From an uncultured bacterium (GTDB lineage Bacteria > Eisenbacteria > RBG-16-71-46 > CAZAMP01), in the NCBI GenBank assembly GCA_964486455.1, contig CAZAMP010000025.1, forward strand, positions 26-64,025: a stretch of DNA of 64,000 bases. Direction: 5' to 3'. The notes under the pieces were generated by a model that saw only the letters and a list, made by a program, of their open reading frames with translations, was not told the DNA's origin and searched no databases. The position numbers and the translations under genes are program-made. Below are positions 60,530-64,000 of the stretch, piece after piece (position 1 is the first letter of the stretch; each line of letters opens with the position of its first letter).

Positions 60530-61855
60530 CTAGTCCCTGAGACTGGTCCCGCACCAGGCGCAGTGGTCCCAGTAGTTGCCGGGCACTCCCCAGCCACAGC
60601 TATGGCAGGTGCGCGTCGCGCCCTGGAACTTCCAGGCGCGGCGCACTTTTCTGTGGCACCAGGGGCAGTAGCGCATGAACGGCATCAGCACCTTTCGGGA
60701 GCAGCCGGGATTGGCGCAGCGGCCGTCGTAGTGGCGGTCCGAGTACTCCTGGTCCGAGAGCGGTCCGACCCCGGGTCCGTAGCACCACGGGCAGAACTTC
60801 CAGTCGAGCTTCACGCCTCGGTGGCACCGGGGACAGGTCGCCGGGAATCGTGTGTCCGCGCGATGACGTTTCCGCTCTTTCCCGCACCACGGACACACCT
60901 GCATGGCCTCGGACACCGGGTCGCCGCACCGCTCGCACTCGAAGCGTGTCTGAAGCACGCGTCCGTAGCGACGCTTGAACTCGCGCACCCGCACCTCTTG
61001 CCAATCCTTCACGGGTCTGACCAGGGCCCGGCGGCGACGGCGGCGCGCGCCGTGTTTGAGGGTCCGCGCTTTGAGACGAACGAACGCGTCGCGCATCACC
61101 CGACCGTTGGCGAAGCGTCTTCGGGCATCGATCTCGATGGAGCGGCGCAGGAGCGCGATCATTTCGGCCGGCACACGCCGGCGCAGGTTCAGGTGCCCGG
61201 GCGGTGGCCACTCGAACGGCCACTCCGGCAGGCGTCCCGCGAGCATGCGATAGAGAACGAGCCCCGTCGAAAACACGTCCGAGCGAAACGAGAGCTTTCC
61301 CATCGCCTGCTCGGGCGCCAGATAGCCGACAGTTCCCGATCCCGATCCCTGGATCATCGTGCGCACGCCGAGACGGCCGATACCGAAGTCGGTCAGCCTC
61401 AGGAGCCGCCCGTCATCGAAGAAGACCAGGTTCGCCGGTTTGATGTCGCAGTGTATGACGCGATGCTCGTGCGCATGCGCGACCGCGTCGAGGATCTGCT
61501 CCGAGTACTCCAAGGCCGTCTTGACGGAGAGCCTCGTCTTGAGACGCTCCTCGAGTGTTCGCCCCCCGAGCGGATAGACGATCACGAAGATGTCGGTGAT
61601 GAAATCGGCGTTCTTGATCGGAAGGATGTTCGGATGATTCAGCCGAGAGTTGAGCCGGACCTCCTTGCGGAAGTCATCCAGCTCTTCCTTCGTCGCCTCG
61701 CGGAGGCGGGGCACCTTGAGCGCGACGTGAATGCCCTCGATGGTATCGAACGCGCGATAGACGTCCGCGAAACCACCGCCCGCGATGTGGCGTTCAATCC
61801 GATACTTGCCGAGCATCCGCCGGGGGCGGAGCTTCGTCAGACGCGTTGCGGCCAT
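60530..61855 (-). CDS. Hanks-type Ser/Thr kinase with four C-terminal zinc ribbons
   Basis: GGFADVY, VALK, HCDIKPAN, DFG, APE; four CxxC...CPWC units. Confidence 0.9.
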   Translation of the reverse strand: MAATRLTKLRPRRMLGKYRIERHIAGGGFADVYRAFDTIEGIHVALKVPRLREATKEELDDFRKEVRLNSRLNHPNILPIKNADFITDIFVIVYPLGGRTLEERLKTRLSVKTALEYSEQILDAVAHAHEHRVIHCDIKPANLVFFDDGRLLRLTDFGIGRLGVRTMIQGSGSGTVGYLAPEQAMGKLSFRSDVFSTGLVLYRMLAGRLPEWPFEWPPPGHLNLRRRVPAEMIALLRRSIEIDARRRFANGRVMRDAFVRLKARTLKHGARRRRRRALVRPVKDWQEVRVREFKRRYGRVLQTRFECERCGDPVSEAMQVCPWCGKERKRHRADTRFPATCPRCHRGVKLDWKFCPWCYGPGVGPLSDQEYSDRHYDGRCANPGCSRKVLMPFMRYCPWCHRKVRRAWKFQGATRTCHSCGWGVPGNYWDHCAWCGTSLRD

Positions 61856-61971
61856 ACCTACCCAACTTCTTAAAAGGCAGATACTTAAGAGATGCCCTGT
61901 CCGGCGAATGGAAACGCCGTCAGAGTGACCGACGGGTATCTTCAGACAGGCGAGCCCCGCGTGGCAAGCGG

Positions 61972-63349
61972 TTAGTCGAATCGCGCCTTGATGGCGCTCC
62001 AGCTCGTCTCAATGACCAGCGTCGTCCCGCAGCTCACGCCGTGGTTGCCGATCACGCCGCACTCGCCGGCTGTGACGCAGGGGGAATCGCTCTGGAGCGA
62101 CCAGTTCTCGTCGTCGTCCGGGGTGGAGGAGCAAAACTCGGGATCGGCGTTGATGTTACCGTCGACTCCCTCCTGCCCCGCGACGCAGTCGACGTAGTCG
62201 CCGCCGGCGTTCCCGAACACGTCACAGCATGAAAGCGTGGCCGAGCTGAGCTCGTTGCAGACGATGGCCTCGCCGGCCGTGCTGAACGCGATGATGACAT
62301 CCTCGACCGAAAGCTCGGAACTGCTGTTGGCCATGATCGCCGCCCCGGCGCCGTCGGTTGAGTTGCCCGTGAAGACGCACGAGTAGACATCGAAGTATGA
62401 CGCGTTGCTTAGAAGTGCGCCTCCCCCATCTGTGGCACTGTTCCGCGAGAACGTCAATCCCATGAGGTCCCTGTTCGAGCGCTCCAGGGCAATCGCGCCG
62501 CCCCAGGCCGCGGAGTTCGCGATGAAATCGCTGTTGTCGATGGCCGCCCCGCTCGATTCGAACGCGTAGATGGCACCACCGAGGACAGTGGCACTGTTTT
62601 CCCTGAAGGTGCTGTTACCCCCATCGAAGTACGAGTCGTAGACGTCGATCGCGCCACCGCTTCCTCCCGCCGTATTCGTGATGAAATCCGTGCTCTCGAA
62701 GCTGAGATGCGAATCGGCCGCGGAGATGGCTCCCCCCCCCTCCCCCGGCTACGTTCCCTTCGAAGCGACTGGCACCGACATCGGAGGTTGCCAGGCCCGA
62801 CAGGGCCAGCGCGCCGCCGTCCCCGGCGGTCTCATTGTCCGAGAACGTGCAGAAGCTCAAGCCCACCGAAGAGTACTGCTTGCACAGGATCGCCCCGCCG
62901 TCCTGAACGCCGTAATTGTCCGAGAAGACGCAGGTCCCGAAGCTCGCCTGGGAGTCGTTTTCCAGGAGGACGGCGCCCCCAAGATCCGCATAGCCGTTCT
63001 GGATCGTGATCCGATAGACCCACGAGCCATTCACTCCACCCGCATCGAAAACGAATGCGCGATAGTGTGCCTTCGCAGTCCCTTCGCAGTCGATCGTACA
63101 GAGCGCCGGATCACCATTCAGTGATTCGATCTTGATCGGAAACGCGGGCATGTCGATATCCCGATTGCCGTCGCCTCGAAACGTCCCATCGCTGAGCTGA
63201 ATGACGTCGTCCTCCACCGCCGCGTTGACGGCCGCCTGAATGGTGGGGAAATCGCCCGTGCCGTCCGGATCGACGAGATAGGTTGCCGATTGGACAATTG
63301 AAAGCTGGAGAACACACAGTGCTACTAGAAAAAGCGGAGTGGAGCGCAT
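61972..63349 (-). pseudogene. Secreted beta-helix protein with SWSAIKARF tail, frameshifted at a G9 tract
   Basis: G9 at 62732-40; G8 would join the two ORFs in frame (AGGGGGAISAADS...). Confidence 0.8.
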
Positions 63350-63546
63350 GATTCGGCCTCCTTCAAGACACGACATCACCGACGCTGGCACGCCAGTCGA
63401 GGACGTCTAATGTAGCAGACACGGCTTCCGCTCGGAAGTGGGCCTTTACCGACGCCGCGTCAGCGCACATCATCATCTCAGAGCAAATCATTGTCATGTT
63501 CTCGGAGGATCTGGAAATCGATCGACTGAAGGAACGGGGTGACGTG

Positions 63547-64000
63547 ATGAAGCGGTCGCAGAGGGGATGCTACTTGACGTGTGCACTCGTGTTCACGCTG
63601 GTCCTCGTCATGACAGGCTGCGCCCGCCCACCGAGCGACACCGACCTCGATACCCGCCCCCTCTCACCGAGCTGCCGCGAACTCCTGCGCGCGCAGGGCG
63701 AATCGATGCGCATGGCGGATTCACTCCTCGCCGCCCGCGCGGCGCTAAAGGCGTCCTCGCGTTACGAGTCGCTCCTCGAGGTCTACTACGACTGCGCCCT
63801 GCTCCACACGCGCCACGGCGACGCGCTCCTCGCGGCCGACCGCAGGGAGGCTGCGCGCGCCGCCTACACGCGCGCCCTCGAGCTTGACGCCTGCGCGATC
63901 GACGCCTGGCTCGGAAGCGCTCGGCTCCGTCGGCCGCTGGTCGGCGGCATCACGCCCCCACTCTTGGGCGTGGAGGAGTCGTTACACCGCGCGCTGGGAT
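63547..64000 (+). CDS. TPR lipoprotein, 3' truncated by window edge
   Basis: MKRSQRGCYLTCALVFTLVLVMTGC lipobox; AYTRALELD..AWLG TPR-like. Confidence 0.7.
   Translation, partial: MKRSQRGCYLTCALVFTLVLVMTGCARPPSDTDLDTRPLSPSCRELLRAQGESMRMADSLLAARAALKASSRYESLLEVYYDCALLHTRHGDALLAADRREAARAAYTRALELDACAIDAWLGSARLRRPLVGGITPPLLGVEESLHRALG

Noticed and set aside
60640-60850. CPRCH and CPWCH motifs in the kinase as heme sites
   Set aside because: The protein is cytoplasmic and the motifs are parts of zinc ribbons.

Overview
GC-rich bacterial window. The many secreted beta-helix/propeller proteins with FlgD/T9SS-like or SWGxIK tails suggest an FCB-group lineage such as Eisenbacteria/Krumholzibacteriota (inference only). 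1-10158 is a co-oriented respiratory operon: OM beta-barrel, cytochrome c-transglutaminase fusion, NAD(P)H flavo-Fe-S protein, Rieske, split cytochrome b, 6-heme and 7-heme cytochromes, and a Tat-exported NapA-like protein. Three of its enzyme-family members lack their canonical catalytic centre. 14958-16531 is a complete IS110-family element whose junctions can be read from the sequence: duplicated CT core, a promoter formed on circularisation, and a 3' non-coding region with candidate bridge-RNA guides matching its own target and donor. It is inserted in the SWGAIKATY C-terminal motif of a secreted protein. The rest is mostly housekeeping: PPi-PFK, fabI, ADP-forming acyl-CoA synthetase, tyrA, a sigma54 two-component cluster, lipBA, aminotransferase, MscS, M48 protease, GT-C, DD-carboxypeptidase, a UGA-recoded Rdx selenoprotein missed by the ORF track, apaG, a full F1Fo operon, a degenerate HD-GYP regulator, a Ser/Thr kinase and two frameshifted secreted-protein genes. 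No tRNA, rRNA or CRISPR array was recognised. All family calls come from motif recognition by eye, not database searches.
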